Origin: Amphiscolops sp. MND2022
Taxonomy: Eukaryota
Direction of reading: 5' to 3'
Assembly (NCBI GenBank): GCA_964187785.1
Contig: OZ076409.1
Location: 38,008,001-38,072,000 of the forward strand
DNA: 64,000 nucleotides
Both the position numbers and the translations under genes were made by a program. This document shows positions 11,602-26,500 of the stretch, in pieces; the stretch's first letter is position 1; each line of letters begins with the position of its first letter. Below the pieces are notes generated by a model that worked only from the letters and a program-made list of their open reading frames with translations, did not search any database and was not told where the DNA came from.

Positions 11602-12672
11602 TAGCGATGGAGCGATTTAGAGCACTGCTAGTAAAAGGCCTAAACTTAACAGCGCAACCTTTGCTAATGGAGTATGAAAAAGAAATATTTAGGCTAGCAA
11701 TTTTTTGTAAGTTATTCTGGGATTGAACGATAAATATCATCACCCTGACGAGTGAATGTCTATGGTGACTGCCGTCAACTTAACTCAAGGGATTTTGTGG
11801 TTTTTTGCTTTCTAAGCAAGCACCGTTGTTCCTGCGAGATGCTGCGCAACTCTCGGAACACCGGTGACAATAAATTTTGCTGATCGATTTGCAATAACCA
11901 AATTCATCACTTTGAGGCATTTTTTGGCACAACTTATGCCCTAGGGCTATTTTGCTCGATACAGAGGGTAAACCCCAGCCCCATAATCAGTTTCAAGTTT
12001 GCTGCAGCTGCTTCCTGTGCTGCATCATATCCAACTGAAAGTGATACAATTATTTCTCATCCAATCACTCATAATGACATATACCCCAAAAAATCAACTT
12101 TTTTCTGATGTCTCCTACAGATGAACGAATTACAAATTTGGAACCCCCATTGGATGCTGACAATTTTTGACCTTATTGTCCGAGACCGTGCGGACCGTTC
12201 CGGCTGCTCAAATCATCAATTTGATCAAAGTGATTCAGTCAAAAAAATAATTTTGGCACTTTTCGGCACTTTGGTTTCCCCCGGGGGGAAATTTTTTCGG
12301 ACCGTTCGAAAGACCGTTGACCGTTGATGATTTTCATAAAAGTGCACTTTGCCGCTACGGGCTTTCCTTCATGGTGAAAATGGCCTTTGATTCGGTCATT
12401 GATTAATCAAAGATGAAAAAAGATGAAAAAAACCAAAAAAACGCAAAAAAACCCTACAAAATGAATTTTCCTGGAAAAACGTCAGCAGAAAAAAATTCTT
12501 AAATTTTTGAGATAAAGCCACATGCAAAGTTTCAGACAAATCCTACGGGTGAATTTCGAGATCGGTTAAAATACTTCGCAATCCTGAAGGTAGGAATTGA
12601 TAGAATGTGCTCGGCTCTCGGGACCCTCCCCGGCCTCGCAATATTTTCTGATGGGCATCCCCCTTGACCACC
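11602..12672. mobile_element. U4: family C short unit, 1,071 bp
   Basis: Starts TAGCGATGGAGCGATTTAGAGCAC, ends GGGCATCCCCCTTGACCACC; near-identical to U14 and U16. Confidence 0.8.
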
Positions 12673-15600
12673 CAGCGGAGGTAATTAGAGCACGACTAGA
12701 GGGGAAAAGGCCTAAACATAAGAAGGGTGAAACGTGTGGTAATGAAGATTGAAATGTTTTGTTGTACTTCCTGCTTCCTTCTTGGTTCAATTTGTCAGGG
12801 AAACATTGATAAACTTCATAGCAACCATGATACAGAATTGACAACAGTGAATGCCGTTGATACTAGATAAGGTATCCTGAAATTTACGAGAAGTACTTTT
12901 CAAGCAGGCACCGTTGAGTCTGCAAGATGCTGCGAACCTCGAAGCACCGCTGATAATGACATCAGTGACAATGAAATTTTGCTACATATAAATTTGTCGC
13001 AATTACTCAACAATGTGTTGAAATCCTTAGTAATATTTAGATAGAAAGTGGCGGTAAATGAGGTGGTTACGATTGGATGCAAACTCTTCAGTGAAACTCA
13101 GATGACATTCCAGAAGACATAAAAATGTTCAATGACCATTTGAAAGTACATTGCAAACGAACAAAAAATTATAAAAAATGTTGCTTTGTAACAACTTTTG
13201 ATGACTTTTTGTGTTATGCGGAACAATTATTTTGGGTAAACAAGTTTTAAAGGAACAAAACGTTTTCCACTATGATTGCTGACTTTAAAAGATTTTAAAT
13301 TCTGACACTCTACTCGGGTTTTTGGCTCTATGTTACGAATAAAGGAAGCTTCCAATGGAAAATGTAAGCTATTGTCAAGTGGAGGAGATAAGAGGTTCCC
13401 GATGCGACTATAAGGAATGAAAATGTCCTTTATCAGGACGTTTCAAGTAAAATTCATTGATTTTCAGTAGTTTGTTTGCGGTATTTTTCGAAAGACAAAG
13501 AAAAAATGTAGTCTTTGTGAAGTTTATGGTGATAATCATATACGGAAAGAACTTGTAAACTAATTAACATTTTTCAACTGAAGACTGGATTAAAGGCTGA
13601 ACAATATGGTCTACAGCCAAAGTGAAAGAACAGAAATTCTTGCTTTTTGTTGTTTGTAGTGATAGCCTTCCCAAGTTGACACAAGGCCAACTTGAAAGGC
13701 TATCACAAGATTCAGTTATCAGCTGATTCCAAAAATACATGGTCCAATATCAAGCGTAATATAAGAAAAACGTCATCAATGTGAGTAGGTTTTCAAATCT
13801 TTACAGTCTGAGAAATTCAAGTCCTGAGAGACCTATCGGCAATTTGGTTAGCTATCATATAGATGAATGAGTATTTGCTAATACATCTATTAATGAATAT
13901 TACGTTTTGAAAATAGTCTGACTATATTCAGCTGTAACAAAGGAGTTTGGAACAACGGAAAGATCGAGCTCATTGACACATATGCAGACTTGACTAATTT
14001 TACTGAATTGAAGTGCTGATTGATGTTTTAAATGTTAACTTTTCGATATAAATGGCAAAAAATTTAGTGAAAATTTTTTAGTAATATGGTAAGTTTTGTG
14101 TTACTCAATGCTTTATGCACCACAGTTTTCATATACACCCCTCTATAGACGTCATATTCGCAAGACTGATGCTATATTAATAGCCTTTGACGGGAAACAA
14201 ATAAGTTTTTCAATTATTCTCCTTTTATTGTGAAAATGAGTCTTCGAAATTTTGACTTCAAAGAAGAATTTTTCTTTGCGAAACGTGTTATCGCGGCTCA
14301 CATGTCACTCAAACATTTGATACCAGTCATACTTTGGTATTTGAGTATTTTGGGGGCCACAGGTTACGTCAGATACAAAAATGTTGTTCAAAAGACAAAA
14401 ATTCAAATTTCGACCTGTCAAAAATTGGGTGTTAGGGGAAAAATTTTTACATGTTAAGAACGAACACTGTGGAAAATGTGTCAAGAACGAGGAAACAGGT
14501 ATTGTAAACACTTTTAATAACGGTAATCAACTTGTTTGCTGTCAGTGAGTTTGTTGTTGGGCGTTAATACCTTAACCGACAAGCACCGAATAAAAATGGT
14601 GGAATGGAATATGACATATAACAAGAGTTTTTGGATAATATCTCCTCTCATCACTACTTTTGACATGTCGAAAGTCCTTGTATTGTTTTTACAAGTCTGG
14701 CATCCACTTTGATTGATCCTTAGGTTTCATGTTTGACCAAAACAAGTGTTAGTAGGACCGCCGATACCGAAAAAAAGGTGACACATCCGGAAAAATGACG
14801 AGTTTGAAGTAATATCTCTATTCAGTATGATATTTTTAGGTACCTCAGAATCTCAAAAAGTACCTTGAAACTACTGTAAGCATCATTTCCCTAAACTAAA
14901 ATGCCCGTGGGTTGCACTAGTAGCCAATAGGTGCTGCTGAGCTCCATTTTGTCAATTCGAGTCCACCAAAAATGTGATGTTGTATCAGTTTTCGACGAAA
15001 TTTGCTATCGATTAGTAAATGTTGTTGCCCATGACTACTCGCATTCAAGTCCATGTGCCTTGTCAACGCCCAGTTGTTTTTTTCACATGCCAATCGACTA
15101 AAAGAAATGGATAGTTGATGTATTTGGGCAAAAATGTGCGGTCCTATACTCCAAATAATGATTTGGAAACAAATATTATCTTGGCATTTTGTTAGGCAAG
15201 GGGGTTTTTGTCACTCAAAATCAGAATATAACCATTGTGAAAGGTCAATATGTGTTCCACGTCAGCTGTACACTTTGTTGTGAACAAAACAGTGTCTTGA
15301 TTGACTGAAAAAGCAGCTTAGCTATTTTTGACTCAATCCATATATGGATATGTAAGGTATCATTTTCTGTAATGTAACGTCTAATGGCAGCTGATTTTTT
15401 TGAAATGACTCCAAACCCACAGTGAGCACTTTCTTTACGTTATTCACATCCCATGTTATGCAAAAGAACATTTTACGTGGCTACTGGGCTTTAAAAACGG
15501 TTTTTGGGCACTCAAAATCATGATTTTGGTGTTATGAAAACACGGTTCCCAATGTAATGTGTAACATAGTGAGCACGAAAAAATTAAATTTTCACAGAAT

Positions 15601-17578
15601 TATCCAACAAGTAAACTGATATGTTTTTGGGCGTCACCATAGCTCACGAAAATTTTTCGACCTCATGGACAGAGACCGTACAGACCGTTGTTCGCGAGCA
15701 AACGACCTTTTTGTAAGTCCGAGTCGCCAGAAAAAATGCTATGTAACCCATGTAAGCACTTTTACCACTACCTGTAGCAACTGGTGAAAACTTTTTATCA
15801 CCATTCGGTAGGCCAGTGGGCCACGTTTACTTTCCAAAAGATGACCCATGTTGCTATCTGTACTCTTTCAGGAGATATACATACCCGAAATGTAGTTACG
15901 ATGTGACAACATAACTCTCAAAACCTCTCGGACTCACCTAAAAATACCAAATTTTTTCAGAAGCACTCTACAAGTGTACTGATGGGTTTTTGGGCGTCAC
16001 CATAGGACACTGTCACTTTTTGAGCTTATGGTTGAAGGCCGTGGGGACCGTTGGTGGAGCACAAATGAGCTTTTTGTAAGTCCGAGTCGTGCAAAAAAAT
16101 GCTAAATACAACATCTTGGTATATTTTTCACGCCATGCTGCTCTTATTGAAAACTTTTTACAACCACTCGATAGACCAGTGGCCCACGTTCATTTTCAAA
16201 AAGGTGACCCATGATGGTATCTGTACTCTGGCAGGAGATATGCATACCCGAAATGTTGTTACGATGTGACACCATAACTCTCTGACCCACGTGAAAATTC
16301 GAAATTTGTTCAGAAGCTACCTACACGTGTTCTGATAGGTTTTTGGACGCCACCATGTTACACTGACGAAATTTGACCTTATGGTCTGAGACCGTGCAGA
16401 CCGTTCCTGTGGAGCAAATCACCATTTTGTGACTCCGAGTCGACATAAAAAATTGAAAATACCACTTCTTGGAATTTTTTTCTTTCACAATGGCAACTAG
16501 GCTATGTTTTTTGCACTCAATCGTTAGACCACTGGCCAATGTTCATTTTCATAAAGTTGACCTACGGTGCTATGTGTACTCGGTTATGAGTAATATGATT
16601 ATGAAATGTTCATACGACGTATACCATCAACTCGGACCGCGACTCAAAAAATTAATTTTTTTTCAGAGGCCCCCCAGAGTTTATTCAATGTCATTTTTCA
16701 TGTCACCTTAGCTCACTGACAATTTTTGGTTATATTGTCGGAGACCGTGCGGACCGTTGTTGACGAGGAATTCACATGTTTCGAAACATGAGCTGATTTT
16801 CAAGAAATCATTCCTCACTATAAGGCATTTTTTGGCACAATCATTGCTCCAGGCATACTTTGCGGTAGTACCGTGGAGAGACCCCAGCCCCCTGATCTTT
16901 TTCATATATATGACTTACGCTGCTACTGGTGCTGCGTGTTGAGCAATTGTATGAAAAGTACTGTATAAAAAATTTCATCATTGCTCATCATGCCATACAC
17001 CCCAAAAAATCGACTTTTTTATTACGACCCCTACAGGTGTGAAAACTATGTTTTTGAAACCCTCATTGAATGCTGACAATTTGTGGTCTTATGGTCCGAG
17101 ACCGTTCGGACCGTTTAACATGCTTAAAATGACCTATAAGTACAGGTGATATTGGTGATACTTCACATTTCGGCATTTTTCGGCACTTTAAGTGCCTCCA
17201 GCGGCACTTTTTTGGCACCATCATTTGCATCGTCGCATTTCACAACTTTAGGTTAGTATGCATCATTGGGCTAGCGTGCACCGTGTAAAAGTTATTAAAG
17301 AAAAACGTTATATCCGAACAAAAATTCGTTATATCCGAACTTTTGTCAAAAACACCATGAAGGACAAGTTTCTGGGAAAAACGTCAGCAGAAAAAAGTTC
17401 TTAGAATTGGGAGAAATGGCCGTATGCAAAGTTTCAAGGAATTCTCACGGCTCATTTCGAAAATAACCTTCCCACGCGTAGTTGTCGGGTAGTATATAGA
17501 GATCCTTATATAACGCGCTCGGTCCCGGGTCCCTCCCCGGCCTCGCACATTATTGCAGTGGGACAACACGTGACCACC
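12673..17578. mobile_element. U5: family B unit, 4,906 bp
   Basis: Starts CAGCGGAGGTAATTAGAGCAC; shares the central core with family A but has a different left ~0.6 kb and the U1-type right end. Confidence 0.8.
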
Positions 17579-20500
17579 CAGTGGAGGCGAGGTTGTTGCA
17601 GTTACACTGCCGAGAAGCGAGGAAAATGTGTATAGAAAGATGAGAATTTTCAACAATAAAATTTTCGTTTTCCGTTCTGTTGACAAAAGTAGTCTTTGTT
17701 GTGTTCAACGTATTTCATACTTGGCATCTCCACGACACGTGGTGCCTTACAATGGTACTTGTCACTTATTATCCATCAATCTGCAAGCCAACGCGACGTT
17801 CCTGCTGCATAAAAGCGATGTTCTACTTTAACAATTTACAAAGAAAAGTGGAAGAGTTTCAACATTAGAAGTAATTGTTCATTACAGTGATTAATGCCTT
17901 ATAATCTCCAATAACACTCCAAATAGTGAACGTAACTGCCTCGTTATGTGGAAATGGGTGGAGAGAATTGTAAAAAAGAAAGCTCTGTTGTGACCGAGCT
18001 GAGATGCGAAGATGACGGGACAGGCGAATTCCAAATATTGAAATTATTCACAATGGGACAGAAAAATTTTTGTGGAAGGAATTGACTGCTGGAAATTTTT
18101 GAAGTATTTTTGTGTGCCATGTGTTTGCCCAAATAATTTTCAGCTAGGATAGATTTATTCCGTAGTTTTGAACCTTTCCTATCACAAGTGGCTGACTTAA
18201 ATGCATTAGAAATACATACACTCCAACTCCATTTCCTTTTTTTGCCCTATGTCACCACTGTGGAAGACATCAACGTATGATGTAACGTACTGTCTGGTGG
18301 AGGGGTAGAGGATTTCGTGGAACCAATAGGAATAGCCACTCATTGGTTAGATAAATGTACGTTCCACTTACAATTCATATGTTTCAAGTTAGTTTTTATG
18401 GTATATTTAAGCGTCACAAGGAAAGATTTTTTTTAGAACACAATGGTGGTCATCGTATAGCGAATAGAAATGCTCAAAACCTGACTTTATCAATTAACGT
18501 AAGAAAAGAAAGTTCAATGAAAGTTTCCCCGCCTATTTTGAGATTAAAGGAACTCCTGGTTTTTGGTGTTTGTAGTGTTAGCCTTCCAAGTTGGCCGAAG
18601 GCCAACTTGGAAGGCTATCACGAAAGTTTTTTATAAACTCTTTATAAAAATGCAAGATTCAGTTATAAAGTCTTTATAAAAATGCAAATGAAATCTATAT
18701 AGTCTGCGAAATCCAAGTACTGAAAGACGTATTGAGAATTTGATTACCTGCTGTGAAGTTGATTCGGTCTTTGCTAATGTATCTTTTAATGAACATTGCG
18801 TTGTAAAACATATGACACTTTTCAGCCCTAACAAAGGAGTTTGGAACAACAGAAAGATCGTGCACTTTGAAAAAGATACACAGTTGATAAACCGTACCTA
18901 ATTGAACTGCTCATTGATGTTTACACCATCAATTTTTTGAGTTAGAGTGCAAAAAAAAACGTGACAAATTCTTAGTACTTTGGTAAACTTTGTGTTACAC
19001 AATGCTTTATGCGCCATATTTTTTCCATACACCCCTGTATGGACCTCATATTCGCAACAATGATACTAGATTAATAGTAATTGACGGGAAATAGGTTAGA
19101 TTGTTATATATTCTGTTTCTATTGTGAAAATGTGTCTTCGAAATTTTCAGTTGAATGTTGAATTTTTCTTTGCAAAACGTGTTATCGTGGCTCACATGTC
19201 ACTGAAGCATTTGATACCAGTCATATATCACTTTTTCAGTAATTTGGAGGCCACAGGTTACGTCAGACACAATAATGTTGTTCAAAACACGAGAAATCAG
19301 TTTTCGACCTGACAAAAATTGGGTTATTGGGGAAAAAATTTTCATTGTTACGAACGAATGGGATAAAAAATGTGTCCAGACCAAACATGGTTGTATTATA
19401 AACACTTTTAATGACTATAAACGAGTTGTTTGTTGTCAGTGAGGTCGTTGTTGAGCGTTAATACCATAACCGACAAGCACCGATTAAAAAACGTGGAATG
19501 GAATATGACACATAACATGATTTTTTGAGAAGTTTCTCTTCTTATCAGTACTTTTGACATGTCGAAAGTCCTTGCATTGATTTTACAAGTCTGATATACA
19601 TTTTGGTTGAGTCTCGGGTTTAGTTTTAGACCAAAAACAGTGTTGGTAGGACCGCTGATACCAAAAAAGTGGTGACACAACCGGAAAAATTCCAATGTTT
19701 AAGTCATATGTCTATTCAGTATGATATTTTTATGTACCTCAGATTCTGAAAAAGTAGCATGAAACTACTGTAGACCGTATTTTCCTAAATAACAGTGCCA
19801 CTGAGTTGCACTAAAAGCCTATAGTTGCTGCAGAAGCTCCAATTTGTCATTTCGAGTCCACCAAAAATGTGATGTTGTATCAATTTTCAACAAAATTTGC
19901 TATCGATTAGCAAATATTGTGGCACATGACTACTCGAAGTAAGGTCCTTGTGCCTTGTCAATGCCCAGTTGTATTTTTCACAAGCCACTGGGCCAAGAGA
20001 AGTGGATATTTGATGGTTGTCGGCTAAAAATGGCGTTCCTATACTTCAAAAAATGATTTGGAAAGCAATTTCATCTTGGAATTTTGTTTGTCAACGAGGC
20101 TTTCGTACCTCAAAATTGCACTATAACCATTGTGGAAGGTCAAAACAGGTTCGACGTCAGCAGTACACTTGGTTGTGAACAAAAAAGAGTTTTGATTGAC
20201 TGAAAAAGAACTTTAGTTGTTTTTGACTCAACCCATGAATCGATATGTAAGGTACGATTTTCTGTAATGTAACGTCTAATGGCAGCTGATTTTTTCGACA
20301 TAACTCCAAATCCACAGTGAGCACTTTCTTCACGTTACTCACACCCCATGTTATGCAAAAGTACATTTTAGATGGCTACTGGGCTTTAAAAACAGTTTTT
20401 GGGCACTCAAAAACATGATTTTGGAGAGAAAAAAACACGGTTCCCAATGTAATATGTAACATAGTCTGCACGAAAACACTAAATTTTTACAGAATCATCC

Positions 20501-22476
20501 CACAAGTAAACCGATGGGTTTTTGAGCGTCACCATAGCCCACAAAAAATTTTCGACCCATTGAGTGGAGACCGTACAGACCGTTGTTCGCGAGCAAATGA
20601 GCTTTTTGTAAGTCCGAGTCGCCTGAAAAAATGCTATGTAACCCATGTAAGCATTTTTATCACTCCCTGTAGCAACTGGTGAAAACTTTTTATCACCATT
20701 CGGTAGGCCAGTGGCCCACGTTCACTTTCCAAAAGATAACCCATTTTGGTATCTGTACTGTGTCAGGAGATATACATTCCCGAAATGTAGTTACGATGTG
20801 ACAACATAACTCTCTATAACTCTCGGACTCACCTAAAAATTCCAAAATTTTTCGGAAGCACTCTACAAGTGTACTGGTGGGTTTTTGGGCGTCACCATAG
20901 CACACTGACACTTTTTCACCTTATGGTCGAAGACCGTACGGACCGTTGGTGGAGCAGAAATGGGCCTTTTGTAGGTCCGAGTCGTGCAAAAAAATGCTAA
21001 ATACCCCATCTTGGCATAATATTCACGCCGTGCAGCAGTAATTGAAAAGTTTTTATAACCAATCGATAGACCAGTGGCCCACGTTCTTTTTCGAAAATGT
21101 GACCCATGATGCTATCTGTACTCTGTGAGGAGATATGCATACCCGAAATGTAGTTACGATGTGACACTATAACTCTCGGACCCACGCAAAAATTCGAAAT
21201 TCGTTCAGAAGCCTACTACCAGTGTTCTGATGTGTTTTTGGGCGCCACCATGTCACACTGACACATTTTTATCTTATTGACCGAGACCGTTCGGACCGTT
21301 CCTGAAGAGAAAATCACATTTTTGTAACTCCGAGTCGACATGAAAAATTGAAAACAACATTTCTGAAAATTTTTTTCTTTCACTATGGCAACTAAGGTAT
21401 ATTTTTTGCACTCAATCGTTAGACCGCTGCCCAATGTTCATTTTGATAAAGATGACCGACGGTGCTATCTGTACTCGGTTATGAGTAACATGATTATGAA
21501 ATGTTGATACAACGTAACGGATCAACTCGGACCGCGACTCAAAAAAATCAAATTTTTCCAGAGGCATCTTAGAGGTCAACCAATGTCATTTTGGTCGTCA
21601 CCATAACTCATTGACACTTTTTCACCTTATGGTCCGAGACCGTGCGGACCGTTCCTCCTGGTCAAATCATCAATTTTGTAATGGTGATACTGTTGGAAAA
21701 AACCTTTTGCCACTTTTGGCCACTTTGATTGGGCCCGAGGGGAAAATTTTTTTGGACCGTTCGGTAGACCGTTGGCCGTTGATGATTTTGCAATATGTGC
21801 ACATTGCCGGTATCTGCGTTGCTTCATGCTGAAAATGGACTTTGAATATATGAGTGATAAATCACCTTGAATCAAAAAACCCGAAATATTGCAAATATAG
21901 GTTCAAGATGCAATTTTTCGGAAAAATGTCAGGAGAAAAAAGTTCTTAAAATTTGTTCTACTACCTGTGTGCCAAGTTTCAACGCAATCCGCGGACTTTT
22001 TAATTTTTCTCATTTTTCAAACAAATGTTGGCCAAATATGTGCAAATTTTCGTAAATATTGAATTTTCCGCCAATATTATCCGCCATATCTCCACTCCTG
22101 TTGCGAATTGAGAAATAATTTTTGGCATGTGCAAACATGACATCATTTATGCCTCGCACGCAAAAAATGGGCCAAATGCATAGCGTAAAGTGTGGAGCTG
22201 CTGCGTGAAAAATGCGAAAAATGGCCAAAAAACACGATCATTTGCACATAACTTTTCAACAAATGTTTCAATCATGATACGTCAGGGAAAAAAAGTTCTT
22301 ATAATTTGATTTTATGTATGTGTGCAAAGTTTCATGGAAATCTAACGGTTAGATTGGAAAATCGCTTGTTTTTCTCCCGGTCTACCATGGATGCATTTTG
22401 TATATAGCGCTCGGCTCCGGGACCCTCCCCAGGCCTCGCAATGACTACTGTGGGGCAAATTAAGCCCCGGACCACC
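17579..22476. mobile_element. U6: family A1 unit, 4,898 bp
   Basis: Colinear and near-identical with U2/U3. Confidence 0.8.
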
Positions 22477-23524
22477 CAGTGGTGGCAAAGGTACCTTTTG
22501 CAAGCACTGGCCGTTATCTATTCACTGGAAATAGAGTTGCGGTGAATTGAAAATTACATTTGTACAACTCTCATTTTGAATTGTTTTGTTTATACATTGT
22601 TTTTCACTATAACCGATTTCATATGTAACTGCAGAGTCACTTTTGCAGAAAAAGGGACTACAAGCGTTCGCTGCGGGTCACCTCTGTTCCTGCGTGCAGC
22701 TCCGCATCACTCGGAACACAGGTGACACTGTGTTTTTAGAGACCAAATTGCGATAAGTTTATATTTGTTTCCCAAAAACTGAAACCTGATTACTTCGTGA
22801 TCCCGGGTAACAAACGAATGATATGATTAATACAATGCAAAATAAACCTGTTTTGAACACAGGGACGGTAAAAACAATGTCATTATTGCATTCCTGAGAA
22901 AAAATTACGCTGGATTTGACAAAAAAATTTTTTTGAAAAAATTCTAAATTTTTAGAATTTTTGTAGAACTTTTGTAGAACTTTTTTATTTTTTATTTTTT
23001 ATCCTGGCCACGTGATGTTGAAAACACATCGACTGTACTGCTACCGCTAAAGAAAACATCATCTGTATAAAAGTTCGGAAATTATGACGCAATGTAAGGA
23101 AAATTCACAATTTTCTGTTACTTCGTTCACTTCTATCTCTCAGCCTAGTATCACCAGCCTAATGATTTTTGACATGCAAACACCTAACATCATTTATGCC
23201 TCGCATGCAAAGTATCAGCCAATTGTATCCACATGCTGCACATATCGCAGCGAAAAAGTACCGAAATGGGGTGAAAAACCCGATCATTTGATCATAACTT
23301 CCCGCCAAGTAATAGGATCATGTTTGACCAGCAGAACATCAGTCATACATCGGCAAGATAAGTACACATGCAAAGTTTCAAGAAGTTTTATCGGTTCAAT
23401 TCGAAAATCGCCGTTTTTTGACTGGTGTGCTAAAGGATATAGTACGACACGCGAAAATTAAGCTCGGCATCGGGACCCTCCCCGGCCTCGCACTAAATAA
23501 TGTGGGGAACTACCCCGGACCACC
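22477..23524. mobile_element. U7: family E short unit (single copy here), 1,048 bp
   Basis: Starts CAGTGGTGGCAAAGGTACC, ends GGGGAACTACCCCGGACCACC; mostly unique, but shares a hairpin with family C (22677-22726) and the last module with family A (about 23188-23400). Confidence 0.75.
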
Positions 23525-26500
23525 CAGTGGAGGCGAGGTTGTTGCAGTTGCACTGCCGAGATGCGAGGAAAATGTGTATTAAAAAACATAAAAATTGTCA
23601 TAATTAAAATTTTCGTTTTCCCTTCTGTTGACAAAAGTAGTCTTTGTTGTGTTCAACTTATTTCATATTTGTCATCCCCACGACACGTGGTGCCTTACAG
23701 GGCGACTTGTCATTTATTTTCCATCATTCTGCAAGCCAAAGCGAGTTCCTGCTGAATAACAGCAATGTTCTACTTTAACAATTTACAAAGAAAAGTGAAA
23801 GAGTTTCAACATTAGAAGTCTATGTTCATTAGAGTGATTAATCCCTTATAAACACTAATAACACTCCAAATAGGGGACGTAGCAGCCTCGTTACGTGAAT
23901 TTGGGTAAAGACAATTTCAAAAAAGAACGCTCTGTTATGACCGAGCTGAGATGCGAAAATGACGTGACTGGCTGATTCCAAATTAGGAAATTATACACCA
24001 TCGGACACAAAAGTTTTTGTGGAAGAAATTGATTGGTGAAAATTATTGAGGTATTTTTGTGTGCCATGTGTTTGCCCCAAATCATTTTCAGTTGGAATAG
24101 ATATTTTTCGTAGTATTGAACCTTTCCTACCACAATTGGCTGACTTAATAACATTAGCAATGCATACACTCCATTTCGTTTTTTTTTGGCCCTATGTCAC
24201 CACTGTGAAATACATCAACGTATGATGTAACGTACTGTCTAGTGGAGGGGTAGAGGATTTGGTGGAGCCAATAAGGGTAGACACTCACTGGTAAATAGAA
24301 TGTACGTTCCACATACAATTCATATGTTTCAAGTTAGTTTTTATGGTATTTTTAAGCGACACAATGAAAGATGTTTTTATGGAACTCAATTATGATCTCC
24401 TTATAGCGAATGGAAATGTTTATGTTCTGAATTTATCAATTAACGTGAGAAAAGAAAGTTGAATGGAACTGTCCACAGCTATTTTGAGAAAAAAGGAACT
24501 CCTGTTTTTTGGTATTTGGAGTGCTAGCCTTCCAAGTTGGCCGAAGGCCAACTTGGAAGGCTATCACGAAATTTTTTTATAAGTTCTTTATAAAAATGCT
24601 ATATTCAGTTATAATGTCTTTATAAAAATGCAAATCAGATCTATATAGTCTGCAAAATCCAAGTACTGAAAGACGTATTGAGAAGTTTGTTAGCTTTTGT
24701 AAAATTGATTCAGTCTTTGCTAATTTATCTTTTAATGAACATTGCGTTGTAAAACATATGAATCTTTTCAGCCGTAACAAAGGATTTTGGAACAACAGAA
24801 AGATCGTGCACTTTGAAACATATGCACAGTTGAATAATCGTACTAAATTGAACTGCTCATTGATGTTTACACTATCAAATTTTTGTCATAGAGTCCAAAA
24901 AGTACAGTGAAAAATGCGCAGTACTTTGGAAAGTTTTGTGTTACACAATGCTTTATGCGCCACATTTTTCCCATACACCACTGTATAGACCTCATATTAG
25001 CAACACTGATAGTATATCAATAGTATTTTACGGGAAATAAGTTACTTTTTATGAATTTTGTTTTTATTATGAAAATGTGTCTTCAAAATTTTAACTTAAA
25101 AGTTGAATTTTTCTTTGCAAAACGTGTTATCGTGGCTCACATGTCAATGAAGCATTTGATACCAGTCATATATCTGTTTTTCAGTATTTTGGAGGCCACA
25201 GGTTACGTCAGACACAATAATGTTGTTCAAAACACGGGAAACCAATTTTCGACCTGACAAAAATTGGGTTTTTGGGGGAAAAAATTTGCTTGTTAACAAC
25301 GAATGGGATGAAAAACCTGTCCAAACCGAGCATGGTTGTATTATAAATACTTTTTATAACTATAAACGAGTTGTTTGTTGTCAGTGAGGTTGTTGTTGAG
25401 CGTTAATACCATAACCGACAAGGACCGATTAAAAAAGGCACAATGGAACGTGACAAATAACTGGAATTTTTGGGAAATATCTCCTGTCATCACTACTTTT
25501 GACATGTCGAAATTCCTTGCAATGATTTTTCAAGTCTGGTATCCACCTTGGTTGATCCTAAGGTTTAGTGTCAGACCAAAAACAGTATTGGTGGGACCGC
25601 CGTTACCAAAAAAGTGCTGACACATCGGGAAAAATACTGAAGTTGATGTCATGCGTCTCTTCAGTATGATATTTTTAGCTACCTCAGACTCTGAAATATA
25701 ACCTTAAAAGTTCGGTAAACACCCTTTTCCTATATTACAGGGCCAGTGGGTTGCTGTGAAAGCCAAAAGTTGCTGATAAACTTTCATTTTGCTAGTTTGA
25801 TTCCAACAAAATTGTGATGTGTTATCAATTTTAGACAAATTTCACTACTGATTTGTAAATATTGTTGCCCATGACTACTCGATTTATAGTGTATGTGGAT
25901 TGTCAATGCCTAGTTGTGTTTTTCACATGCCACTGGACTAAGCGAAGTGGATAATTGATGTGTGTGGGCAGAAATTGGCAGTCGTATACGTCAAAAAATG
26001 ATTTGGAAACAAACTTTATCTTGGAATTTTGTTTGTCAACGGGGCTTTTGTCACTCAAAATCGTAATGTAACCATTGCGGAAGATCAATATGCGTTCAAC
26101 GTCAGCTGTACACGTGGTTGTGAACAAAAAAGGGTCTTGATTGACTGAAAAATCATTTAAGCTATTTTTCACTCAACCCATATATTGATATGTGCGGTAT
26201 GATTTTCTGATGTGTAACGTCCAATGGCAGCTGATTTTTTCAAAATGACCCCAAACCCATAGTGGGCACTTTTTTCATGTTATTCACACCCCATGTTATG
26301 CAAAACAACATTTTATGTGGCTATTGTGCTTTAAAAACTAATTTCGGGCACTCAAAAACATAATTTTGTTGGAAAAATAACACGGTTCGCCATGTAATAT
26401 CTAACATAGTGAACTGGAAAAAAACAAATTTTTTCAGAATCATCCTACAGGTAAACTGATGGGTTCTTGGGCGTCACCATAGCTCACAAAACTTTTTTGA

